From assembly GCA_048128005.1 (NCBI GenBank), contig JBEUKZ010000131.1:434001-498000 (forward strand): 64,000 nt of DNA, read 5' to 3'. Of the stretch, positions 12,552 to 23,784 are shown piece after piece (the first letter of the stretch is position 1; each line of letters begins with the position of its first letter). The notes under the pieces are model-generated. The model was given only the letters and a program-made list of their open reading frames with translations. It had not been told where the DNA came from and made no database searches. Both the position numbers and the translations under genes were made by a program. This stretch comes from Veleropilina oligotropha. Taxonomy: Eukaryota.

Positions 12552-13058
12552 GTAGGAATTTTACCGCCATGTGATTATGCAAGCCGGCCAAGTCATTTTA
12601 TTAGAGAAAGATCTTTTTTAATGCAATCTGAAAGAGTATTTTATTGGTGTTGTTATTCACATTACATTACTTTTCATAAGTAAGTAAATAATTTATAATC
12701 TCATAATGGTCTAAATGTACTTTAAATCAAAATCAATCTAATGAAACCGTAGTTTCATAATATTAAACCAGTAAGATTTTTATATCGGTTGCTTCTGGCA
12801 GGAAATCTGGATTTTGGTAAATGATAGCAACCCAAAATTAAATGCAGTTCTTCATCATTTGGTTGTACATGTACTAATACAGTAATGCTGCTATGTTACC
12901 ATATCAATCAATGCTGAATGTGCAGTCATATAGAATGAATGATGTTACTGACCCTATTAATAAACTAATTAACTGACATATATAAGTGATTAGGTGTTTT
13001 CAAAATTAATATGATATTTTGTATTTTTGCATTCATAATGTGGATATATATTTTACAG

Positions 13059-13256
13059 CCAAGTCCCGCTCGCCCCCGTGGGGTCTCGACGACGGTCAAC
13101 GCTCCGACCGCGATTATGACTACACCCTGCCGCAATACACCATCGGCTACGGCAAGCCCCCGTTCTTCACGGTCAGCCTGCCCAAGTTGATTGAGCTGGA
13201 AGAAGGAGACAGGCTGCATCTCGACTGCTCGGCCGATGGACTCCCCAAGCCTATGG
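13059..13256 (+). CDS. Exon, linker plus N-terminal part of Ig domain
   Basis: ttttacAG acceptor; KSRSPPWG...KPPFFTVSLPKLIELEEGDRLHLDCSADGLPKPM; donor G|GTGAGT; phase 1-1. Confidence 0.92.
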
Positions 13257-13709
13257 GTGAGTCTCCAGGAAAACATTGTCATCCATCTTTGTTACTGAAC
13301 CCATTCAATAAGGTTAATTAATATTAATGTTAAATCTAGTTTTCGTAAGAGCCAGTGTTTATTCAAATAAATTCCATGTGCAATTTTTTGGATTTGTTGC
13401 TTAATGTCCTGTTTTTAACAACCTGTCAGGTTTATACCAGAACAGCCATCATCGGACAGTTAGGGATACCTGTGACTGGCAAATGAATAACGAATGTCAT
13501 TGCTCCAACCGAGGTTCGAATGTGCCCCTGTTAGACAGAGCGGCTAAGAATTGCGCATAACTTTCGTGGAGGGTGGAATTCCTCCTACAATAATATGGAC
13601 ATGTAATGATATGACCATATATGTTAAAACATGATAATAAATCCACAAAATAAAACTTCTCAATTGACCCAATTTATATCTGTAAAATTGAGTGTTGTTA
13701 TTAAACCTA

Positions 13710-14240
13710 GGGTGCGTTGTAAACTGACAATCACTTAACAAGTGCTTAATTAGAGCTGACGTCACCGTTACAACGACATGTAATCGCTTACAAAATGGCG
13801 AGTAAACATTCTGATTTCATGAATAAACTATTTATTTGTAATAAGAATCTTTGACAATTATTCACACAGGATAAGCTACGAAACACCATACTAGTGATAT
13901 AGGAAGAGATAAAATTATATTAGGAGCAGAATGGTAATAAATTATTTTATATTTTATGAACATAATTTATTCTTAGTTAATAATTGTTTTAATTTTTATT
14001 TACTAAAATCAATATATGGCCATATGACAATGTTTCGCGCTGTCAACAGTTGCCTCAATCGAAATTTTAATGTTTATAGTACTTACTTCAGAGACTTATA
14101 GAGGCGGCCATCTTGCAAGCGCAAAATAAATATCTCACAAGAGGGCTAACAAGCGATTGCAATCGGTTGAACTTCAGCGGGTCGTTGTAAGACAAAGCGC
14201 TTTAATCGCTTGCAAGTGCTTGGCGTTTTACAACGCACCC
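13710..14240. mobile_element. PIF/Harbinger-like MITE
   Basis: TIR GGGTGCGTTGTAAA / TTTACAACGCACCC; 3-bp TSD CTA on both sides. Confidence 0.8.
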
Positions 14241-14449
14241 CTACTGTTGGTAAAAAGAATACATTTGTCTTTGCTATCGACTTAAATTTAATATTATGAC
14301 TGGATCATAGTTATCAATGAATGAATGCTATGAATGCATCCAATGCTGCTTTTTCTCATGCACCAATCAATGCAATATGCTCAGACGTTTTCCCAATTTA
14401 AGGATATGATCAAGGTCAATGACTCATTATTACGTAACGTTTCTTCCAG

Positions 14450-14654
14450 TAACTTGGCACAAGGGCGCCAGAGACCTGCAGTACGGCACGCGACATCGCA
14501 TCAGAATGCTGGGCAACATGCACAACTGCAACGTGGCGTCGGTCCTCTGCACCGACTACGGCGAATACACCGCCAGAGCCGTCAACGTGCACGGCGTCAC
14601 GGAGAGCGTGTGCATTGTCAAGGTCAACAAGAAGGGGCCACGGCCAGATGATGA
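14450..14654 (+). CDS. Exon, C-terminal part of Ig domain
   Basis: tttcttccAG acceptor; VTWHKGARDLQYGTRHRIRM...TDYGEYTARAVNVHGVTESVCIVKVNKKGPRPDD; donor GA|GTAAGG; phase 1-2. Confidence 0.9.
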
Positions 14655-14790
14655 GTAAGGGAAATACCTCTGTTTATTGATGACATGTATATGTGTGTGG
14701 CCGTGGGATATATATTGGCAATGCAGCACTTATGAAAAATTGATCAGAGGAAATGGAACCATAGTAAATTTTGGGTTTTGTTTACATGTA

Positions 14791-17700
14791 CATTGGATTC
14801 CACTTAACTGCATAATGCTTAATTGCATATTTCGGATATTTGCATAAAATCTGCAGGAACAGAATAGCTAGTTTACTATTACTGTAAATCATGAAATTTT
14901 TGCGAGCATAAAATTTTGGCGAACTTAGCGAGGAAGCGAAATTTGCTAACATTTTATGTCGCTAATATGTCGACTATTATATCCGTATATAAGAAGGGTG
15001 GATGACAAAGAAATATGTTTTTAGCAATGTAATTAATAAACTATCTAACATTGTTCAGGGATAATGCGTTTTTATTACTTGTCGTTTATGTATGAATAAA
15101 CCATATTTTCACCACTTGTTTGTTCAACTTTATTCCGTGAAAGGTCCGCTGAAATCATTCAAAACTTGGCTAAAACTTAGGCCTGCCATTTTGTTTGTCT
15201 TTGTTATAATCTCGCCAAAAGGGGAATTCAGTAACAGAAACATATTCATTATTTATCATTTTATTAAACGATATTATTCGATTAGAACCCCATACAGACC
15301 TGTCAACTCTACCGGAATCGCCGGTAGACTACCGGATTGCGATACCGTTTACCGGACAAAATCCGCAAAAACGTTAAATCTACCGGAGTCTCATACTTTC
15401 GCCATTTGCAAAAAAAGTTGCATTATGGTTAGTTACAATCTCGCATCGGAAAATTATTATGCTACCGTTTATCAACGAGGATGGATCGGTAGTCTTCGGC
15501 CGCTTTACGAAACGCGATGAAGCACGATTGTGCGCGAAGCTTAGTTTGGTGTCCATTGAATAGAATTTTGGCCTAATTAATTTCTAACAAACTAAGCATT
15601 GTGTTAAAATGAAAGGCTTTACCGACAAATTGCATTGTTTGCGAGTATTACTAAGCTTGCCGCAGAGTATTAAATTAACCCGCATGGGTGAATAGGTGTT
15701 GTTACAGTTATAAAGCCTACACCAATGTAATTATTTTGCGTTTGTCAACGGCCGATAACTTGACGCCTATTAGGCATACTAGTAAACTTTACCGAGGTGG
15801 GCTTCGTTACACATATCCAATGGTTGAACCGCAACATTTACTACATAATTTGTGTTTAGGATTAAATCTTATCACTTACCACGGAAATAATGGACTATTT
15901 AAAATAATTTAGCATAGTGAAATAATTCGGCCTGATTTTTATAACGATTTAGTTTCAACTTCACTACTCAACCTGTAATTAGGCCTACAATAATATTTAA
16001 GATGCATGCATATACGACAAATTTACAATAGGCATTTAGTGATTATTGGATAAATGAGCAAAACGTAATAGGTGTCAAATATGTGCAACTCTATCATTTG
16101 TAGAATTTAGAAGTACTGGATACCATATTTATGATAATTAAGTCTGATATTTATTTGCGAACATGTCTGCTGCAATTATTTATAATTAAAAGTCTTATAA
16201 ATGTGAAATTAATTATGTAGGCCTACAGTGTAAATATAATATTAATATTATTTTAATATAACAAAATTTTTAAATATAATAAACAATATATATTTTGTCA
16301 TATTTTATTATACGCATAAATAATAATACACAATATACATACATTAAATGTACACACAAACAATACCAAATTTTATTCCGCGACTCGTATCGTTGTCGCG
16401 ACAAAATATGAGTGTCACGACAAAATCTACCTGACACCCAAAATCAAATGTTGACAGGTCTGCCCATAGCAACAGGCTAATTCTTATACTAATGTATGAA
16501 AGAAACTTGAATATTAGGCATCATACAACAAAGAACGGCAGAAACAAATGATCGTATCAACTTCCTTGCTATAGTTCTCGTTCCATTTTAATTGCAAAAG
16601 ACAATTAGCTTTCTCGCTACTGGCAAGTAATACTACAGTATATTATGCATAGTACTTTATTAATTATTGAATAAACATAACAAATGCATTTGTAATCCTA
16701 TTAATTACTTTATTTGAAGTACCAATTTACTAGTACATTTTACACTCACGTGACGACTTACAATCGGAACACCAGTGTCATTACATTAATCCAATTACGA
16801 TTTGTACAATGAACTTGCAACCTACTTAGATACTAGTCATTCTGCTAATAGTCATACTTCACAAACTGCAGTTGCGATAACAATGGGTAACAATCAGACA
16901 ATTAACAGCCATACGAGGGTGTCAGATAACATTTATGCAATTAGAATTTGCATTGTTGTCGGTCTCGCTAATAATGCATTTCCCGAAATTCGATTTTCGC
17001 TAAAATTACACGTCACTAATTGGTCCATTGTGACCAATTCGATAACTTTGTATGCCTCTAATATATTAAGGTTTACAGTATTATCATATGCAAATAATCG
17101 CTTAATTGCATGCATAATTACCAGATTTTTGCTTATTTGCTTAAGAAATTTTTGACTGCATAAATGACAAAACAATACATAATTGATAATTAAATTGTTA
17201 AATTGATCAAAATACTTTCATATTTGCCAGTATGTCTTGCTATGCCATCGTAAAGATGTTTATTCAACAGTAACATTCGAAGTTTAACCATTTCTGCAAC
17301 CTCGTGGGTTTCATAATAATTTTTACTTCCGGAGAAGTCGGAACTGAGAGTTCGGTAAACATCGTTTCAGTGCAGAAATGTTACGGAAATGAGCGATGTC
17401 AATCGGGGATATTATGGGATGGCGGATATCGATCGATACAGTGGATAATCGGATTAAAAATCTATTTTCCAGAGTCCAAATGGGTTTATCTGAACGCAAA
17501 ATCAAAGATTAGGCTTACGAATCAATGTAAAAGGTGCCGTTACATGTATTCATGTGAACATCACTTAGTTCGCCGATAAATAACATAATTATAAGACAAC
17601 AACAACACAGAGTGTCATTTCTTACAAAATTAAAAATATTATCTCCCTTGATTTGTATTCGTAAACGTAGCATCGTCGTTGAGAAATATGGTGATTTAAT

Positions 17701-18192
17701 TATTATTTTAATTTATATATGAAGACAACGTCTTAAATAATTATTCAATAATTGTAAAAACAAATCTATTCGAGATTAACACATAGGCTAAATTTTTAAC
17801 ATGGTGGCCAATAACGCGACACGTGTTCAGCAGAAGAGAAACGTTCAGAATATGAATTTACACACCATAGTAAGCTATGAAATGCGACGATACGAAACAT
17901 ATCAATTCTACTGAAACAGGCTAGTCACCTTCAGGTCAGAATAACCACAAAATATTGTGTATATAATCCGTATTCATGGAAGGAAAAATATATTACACAA
18001 ATTCTCCTTTGCAAATAAATTTATTACCAGGACATATTTATAATAAAGAACAATTTTAAATACAAGTAATTATCATCGATGATTTCCGGTGAAAAACAAT
18101 TTCCGAAATTTAACGAACGGTTAAACGCATAATCCGGTTAATTGCATAAATAATCTCGACAATCTCGGTATGCAAATAAGCGGAATCCACTG
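14791..18192. mobile_element. Tc1/mariner-pogo-like non-autonomous element with a nested insertion
   Basis: TA|CATTGGATTCCACTTAA ... TAAGCGGAATCCACTG|TA; subterminal TTAATTGCATA motifs at both ends. Confidence 0.65.
14880..17080. mobile_element. Nested TIR element (TACTGTAAA-type)
   Basis: Starts TACTGTAAATCATGAAATTTTTGCG, ends AAGGTTTACAGTA; imperfect TIR. Confidence 0.45.
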
Positions 18193-18342
18193 TATAACAA
18201 TGGAATTTGAATCCAAAGGATAGTATTTATTTTGTAAGATACCATTTAGGGAAATCACTATCTCATTAACAGACCCCCCTGTAGTTTAGAATATCCATTG
18301 TGGCGTACATCCTGAAATTTGATCAGCATATTTCATCTTTAG

Positions 18343-18419
18343 TGAACCTGATGCCAGAAAAACAGCCCCTCGGCGAACTCCTGCTCATGAGGCGAGAAAA
18401 CCCAGAATTCATTTGCAAG
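18343..18419 (+). CDS. Small linker exon
   Basis: tttcatctttAG acceptor; EPDARKTAPRRTPAHEARKPRIHLQ; donor G|GTATCT; phase 2-1, which is needed to bridge 14654 to 19598. Confidence 0.75.
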
Positions 18420-18657
18420 GTATCTACTCACTTTTTATTATAATTTATATCCAACATTTGCAACTTATGATCTTTATGACGGTCTGTTATGTTAATGATT
18501 ATAAATAAATAGAAATATGAATACTGGTACAACATGCGTATTCTTATCTTATCGGAGATGTCTTGTTTTTCTTATACGTAAACAATAATGTATGAAGAAG
18601 TAGATTTGATATTTCCAATGAAATATTGATTCGATAATATTTTACCCACAATTCCAG

Positions 18658-18684
18658 GAGATGGGGATGAACCAAGAGGTCAAG
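18658..18684 (+). CDS. 27-nt symmetric microexon (GDGDEPRGQ)
   Basis: attccAG acceptor and AAG|GTATTT donor; phase 1-1; frame-preserving; purine-rich island in an AT-rich intron. Confidence 0.5.
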
Positions 18685-19597
18685 GTATTTCCTTTAACGA
18701 TAAACTTGATTAATATATTTATTAATATGCAGCAATAATGCATGGCAACACGTTTCTGTGATTTATTGCATGTTTATCTTTTTTCGCCTATCTGTCATAT
18801 GACATCACTAATCTATCATACACGCTGGTGTAGGTTATGTTTATGTCCCTCATTATGCAACATTCATCACAGCTCAAGCTGCTGACACCACCCGCCGAGT
18901 CACTGCACAAAACGCCGTTTAATTAACACTGTTATCCGCTATATTTGGCCTGAGTACTAATTAATCATTAATTTAATTTACTAATTTGACATAATATGCT
19001 TAAACGTGATTGCTTTCATAATATATTTTATATGTTTAATATAAATCATTTAAACTTTAATGCTGTGGTCTTATATTCATAAAGTGTATTAAAGTCGCAA
19101 TGCTTAACAAGTAATAACAATGTGTAGCTATTTTGAGCATTAACTACAGTGTACTAATGGTTTGGTTCTCGGTACATGCACAGGGCTCTAGAAACATCAA
19201 TTATTGTTTATTATTTATTTTTAACAGGACACAGTACTATTTACTCTAACTGTATAGCGTTATAGGTCTATCATCTTCTGTTGGAAAGATCTTATTGACT
19301 AGTATTGCAGAAATCTGTTGAGCCAATTGTACCAATTTTGATAAAGTATAGCTGTATTGTACATGTCTCTATTAAATATATTTAGAATTGTCTTCATCAT
19401 TGTTACGATTGTAAAATCAGATTGCTAATTTTATCTGATTGCATGTTTTTAAATTAAAATTTCAATGGGATCAAAAGGGGCAAATTATGTTTTCTTATTT
19501 AAATATGGTGCAGATCATTGTGATAACGATAGCTCTACACATTATTAAGTTGCACTGGCTATTTGTATATTTTTCTATCCTAATATGTGTCTTCCAG

Positions 19598-19795
19598 CTC
19601 CGTTCTTCATCAAGCACCTGCCATCCCACATCGAGGTCATGAAGGGCACGGATGTCCGTCTGGACTGCATCGTGCGCGGCCTGAGTGCCCCAGAAGATGA
19701 GGACCTCGTCGGAACCAAGCAGAAACTCGAGGACCAGGGATTTGAGGGAGACTTCAAGGAGATCCCGGCGTCTGATAGTGGCAGCTCTGCAGAAG
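19598..19795 (+). CDS. Exon, truncated Ig N-terminal half followed by an acidic linker
   Basis: gtcttccAG acceptor; APFFIKHLPSHIEVMKGTDVRLDCIVRGLSAPEDEDL...SDSGSSAE; donor G|GTGAGA; phase 1-1. Confidence 0.85.
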
Positions 19796-19972
19796 GTGAG
19801 ACATAGATTAGAAACTGTTAATGGGTCCTCTTGAAGCAATAAGGAGCAACATGTCTTGAATAAATTTATAATCCTGAAAATTATACATATATAATTACTC
19901 TGTTGCTGCCAAATCAGTTTTTCCTGATTGCAGCCCAGGCACCTCAGCAATCTACTTATACTAATTAGTTGT

Positions 19973-20239
19973 GGAGGAGGAGGAGGAATGATGCTTAATA
20001 TCCTGTATATTTACAACATCGAGGTTCAAGGCAGGACATGTCCGTGTTATCGCGGGAGTAAACCCCGGTCGCCCGGGTAAACCCGCCCTCTTCGGCCAGT
20101 CGCGGGCAACTGTGATTCATATCTTGAACAAATGTCAATGCCTCTGCCCGGTATTGAACCCACTACTGTTCGCATTAGCGGAATCAAGCCAGTGAAATTA
20201 AAGTGGACAATCTTACCCACTGCGCTGCCGAAGCGGCCT
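19973..20239 (-). mobile_element. tRNA-derived SINE, family B
   Basis: Minus strand has A box GGCAGCGCAGTGG, B box GGTTCAATACC and a (CCT)n tail; close copy at 44173. Confidence 0.8.
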
Positions 20240-20323
20240 CTAATTGGTTGTGTACTAATTGTTGAATGTTCCTCTTGTTTTATATTTTTGACCATTTTCC
20301 GATGACATTTTATTTTATTGCAG

Positions 20324-20435
20324 ATGAGGAGCGTCCATCATTTATTACCTCCCCTCATGACCTGTCAGTGATCGAGGGTAGCGAGGCGGTGTTTGAATGC
20401 CGAGTCACTGGGGTACCTGAACCGCTACTAACCTG
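20324..20435 (+). CDS. Exon, N-terminal half of Ig domain (not in ORF track)
   Basis: ttttattgcAG acceptor; DEERPSFITSPHDLSVIEGSEAVFECRVTGVPEPLLTW; donor TG|GTGAGT; phase 1-2. Confidence 0.92.
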
Positions 20436-20841
20436 GTGAGTGAATGTTTAACCAGCTCTCTTGAAGATTGTTTTTCCACTTTATTCCAAATTTGTTGCTG
20501 GTGTTCTATAATTCGCCCGGACTACGTACAGACTAATCTGATTAATCTGATATCTGTAGATATTGGAGTGTCGGTACGGTTGCATGTGACTTTTGTAACG
20601 TGGTTGGCGCTGCTTTATAGATGATATGACTCATTAACATGTTGAGGTGTTAAACTGAGACTCTGATTAAAATATAACTGATTACTTGTTGTTTTTGGTC
20701 ATGACAATCTAATGGAACTTACATCTTCAAGACAGAGCAGTCAGTGAGAAATTTAACTCTATAGAAACATGTGCAATGTTGATGTGCTTGGATGTGATTT
20801 TGATTTTGTGATATTTTAAAAATAATGTTTTTCTTTCACAG

Positions 20842-21014
20842 GTCAAGAAATGGAGAATCATTAGGCATCGATCGTCGTGTGGAAATACTATCCCACAACG
20901 GTCGGCATCGATTGCGGATTTCTCGCGTTACGATATCTGATGAAGGACTATACACCTGTACGGCGACGTCATCAGCTGGTACAGAATCCAAAACCGCGAA
21001 ACTGACCATCAGAG
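20842..21014 (+). CDS. Exon, C-terminal half of Ig domain
   Basis: ttctttcacAG acceptor; SRNGESLGIDRRVEILSHNGRHRLRISRVTISDEGLYTCTATSSAGTESKTAKLTIR; donor G|GTAGGT; phase 2-1. Confidence 0.92.
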
Positions 21015-21366
21015 GTAGGTGCCCAGTAGAGGTGCAGGCTTAGAGGCATAATCCACTTCCATCATGGATCAGGAGATTATGTATATATGCCAAAAAGATG
21101 ATTACACGTCGTGTATATGTTATGTGTAAGTCATATTACAGAAAACGAGAAAATATATATCATTTCCTTTGATATCATAGAAACTACTTATAATATTGGT
21201 CCGTTATTTCAGCTAGGTTCATGCATATGGATATTGTTAAGATTATCAGTTACATCTCGCGATATTTTTCCTCAGCTTCATTGAATATAAGTAAGTTAGT
21301 ATGAAGCCATTGTTTTATGCATGATGTTGTCTGAAAGTGGATTTGACATTCGATTTTGGATTTCAG

Positions 21367-21427
21367 GATTGGGTGCATCGAAGAAGTCAGCATTGGCTGC
21401 ATCTGATGAGAGTGATCAAACAAAAAA
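21367..21427 (+). CDS. Small linker exon
   Basis: tttcAG acceptor; GLGASKKSALAASDESDQTK; donor AA|GTAAGT; phase 1-2, which is needed to bridge its neighbours. Confidence 0.8.
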
Positions 21428-21785
21428 GTAAGTTACACTAATTTTGTAGTGAAGATCAGTTCTTAATGTCTCATTTTAAAATGCATCAAGACATGTTAAT
21501 GTTGTTGCGAAAAGGTCGCCAAGGAAATCGCCACCCCGACCAGTTATGGGCAGCTGAAGACGAGCGAGTAAATATAGAGCCACACTTTTATCCAATACAC
21601 TAGCGGGCGGACTGTATGACTAGACAAAGTGAATTTGCTGTTTGAAACTCAATGAATTTCATGCAGAGCACATGCTCACCTGACTTCACATCTTATATTA
21701 TGGAGGAGGTTGCAAAAGTTCATTGGAACTGAAATGGCTATGTTTTACTTGTCTCGTTGATTTTTGCGTTCATTTCATTTTGTAG

Positions 21786-21915
21786 AAAATTCCCACCAGT
21801 GTTTACTATTGAACTGGAGCCTGAGATCACAGCTGAGCATGGTGAGAGCATCAAACTCGTCAGCCACATCGACGAGACGATCAAGAATGTCACCTGGCTG
21901 AAAGGAGATCAAGAG
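21786..21915 (+). CDS. Exon, N-terminal half of Ig domain
   Basis: ttttgtAG acceptor; KFPPVFTIELEPEITAEHGESIKLVSHIDETIKNVTWLKGDQE; donor GAG|GTGAGA; phase 2-0. Confidence 0.9.
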
Positions 21916-22140
21916 GTGAGAACCATAATTGACCTGATTGAGACAGCCTGCGTAAGGATATGTTCTTGAATTTTTCCGGCGGAACTAATATAACCCCCAA
22001 AAGGTGCCCTAGGTTACCACTGAAAATTTACTTGAAAACCGTGGGAGAAGATTACAAGCAGGCAGAATAAGCTACATTATGATAAGATGATATTGAGACA
22101 TAGCAAAGATTAACTCCCTGATTTCCATTTTAATTTACAG

Positions 22141-22300
22141 CTTGTCAAGAACTGCCGTATCTTGCCCGAAAGCCACATTGATGGTGACCATACCTTGGAG
22201 ATCATCAACGTCACAGAGTGGGATGCTGACGTATACACCTGTGTCGCCATCGGCAACGATGACAGCATCTACACAACATCCATCAAGCTGCTGATCAAAG
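22141..22300 (+). CDS. Exon, C-terminal half of Ig domain (not in ORF track)
   Basis: aatttacAG acceptor; LVKNCRILPESHIDGDHTLEIINVTEWDADVYTCVAIGNDDSIYTTSIKLLIK; donor G|GTAGGT; phase 0-1. Confidence 0.9.
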
Positions 22301-22507
22301 GTAGGTAACTCTTGTATTTGCAGATATTACAATTTAATGTTAACATTTTAATAACCGCATCTCTACCACAGTGGTGAGATATGTCTATCAATGCAGTCAC
22401 CTTACTTCACTGCTTCAGCAGTGTAGATTAGACTTCAGATCTAAGACTTGGCTATCCTTACGGTTTTGGGTTACTAGTACCTTATATTAGTCCATAAAGA
22501 TTTGACT

Positions 22508-22625
22508 GTCCTCGATAGCTCAACTGGTTAGAGCATCGGATGTGGGTTCAAACCCGCTCTGGCCTGGCTTATTCCAAGACTTAAAACTAATAGATGGCTT
22601 ATCCCTAATTTATGTCGGTCGACTC
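22508..22625 (+). mobile_element. tRNA-derived SINE, family A (truncated)
   Basis: A box TAGCTCAACTGG and B box GGTTCAAACCC; body shared with 11623. Confidence 0.7.
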
Positions 22626-22649
22626 AACCAAAAAGATTTTTTTCTTTAG

Positions 22650-22663
22650 GATTTCCTCCATAA
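22650..22663 (+). CDS. Candidate alternative terminal exon (GFPP-stop); putative 3' UTR runs to AATAAA at 22924
   Basis: Strong acceptor tttttttctttAG|G; phase 1 gives (G)GA TTT CCT CCA TAA; AATAAA at 22924-22929. Confidence 0.4.
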
Positions 22664-23006
22664 TGATCATATGAACACGTTCCAATATGACCATTGATGG
22701 TAAAATGACAACAAGTCAATACCAAAATCTTGATGATTATAAACAAAGTTCAACCTGATCGGCCATTACTGTTGAAAAGTGTGTGAAACCTGTCTGTAAA
22801 TGTCGATGCAAGGTGTGATTTTGTCACACAAATCTAAGTCTTATCTCATGATGCCGTGCATTGTAGTTACATGCTGTCTGATGCTCGGAGTCGCATATTT
22901 TCTGCTGATATGTTTGCAAGCGGAATAAACTCATATTTATTAATTATTACATTGGCCTAATGACCACATGTACAGTCAGCTATTATCCCAGACTCTAAAC
23001 TTGTAT

Positions 23007-23784
23007 CTGCCGTGCGTTCAGGATGAAAACGTTTTGTCTAAATCACAAAACATTTTGCGTTTAGCCGTTCATTTACAGAATGCTTTCTGAAAACGTTTTG
23101 CACACGGCGTGCAACCTTCGTAGGTTACACGTCACTCGACCAAGATGCCGAACGATAGACAGATTGTGAATAAAGGACTGAATGTCAAATTTATGCTGCA
23201 ACATTTTCATGCATATGTGAGTCACAAACTATTAATCAGTCTTAATCTAAATAATATGTAAATTAAGAAGAAATAACTACGCAATTCAGCGATTTGCATT
23301 GGATTATATGAAAAATTATGTAAACAATGATAATGACCGATATGTCAAGCAGCAGCTGGTGATGTGAAAGGTAACAATTTTATATCATATGTCGCTGCTA
23401 TTTATAGTTGATAGTTGTACTATCAATCGGATTTTACAAGAATTGTCGATGTTGTCGTTGTGAAATTCTATATTAATTTTATTTATTTAATCACAATTTC
23501 GGTAATACGGGACGAATGTGTCAATATATTATATATAGCCTTCGACTAGAATTGATGTGTCCCATAGTGATAAACATGGACCAGCTCTAATAGCATGAAA
23601 GTTTCCTAATTGATGTATTGGCAGACGTAAAGGTGTTATCATTAGCACATTCGTTGATCGTTAAATCAAGTCGATAAAGTCGGCCATTATGGAAAACGTT
23701 TTCAACACCAAAGAGCGTTCATAAAGGGTGCAAAGCGCTTTTGAAAAACGTTTTGCTGAAAAGTCGATCCTGAGCGCACGGCAG
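23007..23784. mobile_element. MITE with 3-bp TSD (Harbinger-like)
   Basis: TIR CTGCCGTGCGTTCAGGAT / ATCCTGAGCGCACGGCAG; TAT on both flanks; subterminal AAAACGTTTT repeats. Confidence 0.75.

Noticed and set aside
15092..17579. Several 70-140-aa ORFs inside the pogo-like element
   Set aside because: No transposase or other motifs; consistent with chance ORFs in non-autonomous elements.
19495..19950. Minus-strand ORFs overlapping exons (also 9569, 12965, 55715, 57227, 57555)
   Set aside because: Antisense shadows of GC3-biased coding exons.
21490..21575. GC-rich island with a donor-like GA|GTAAAT
   Set aside because: No phase-compatible acceptor; the neighbouring exons already join in frame.
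22508..22570. Possible tRNA gene (also 11623 and 20150-20239)
   Set aside because: A and B boxes are present, but there is no complete cloverleaf and each continues into a shared repeat body, so these are SINE heads.
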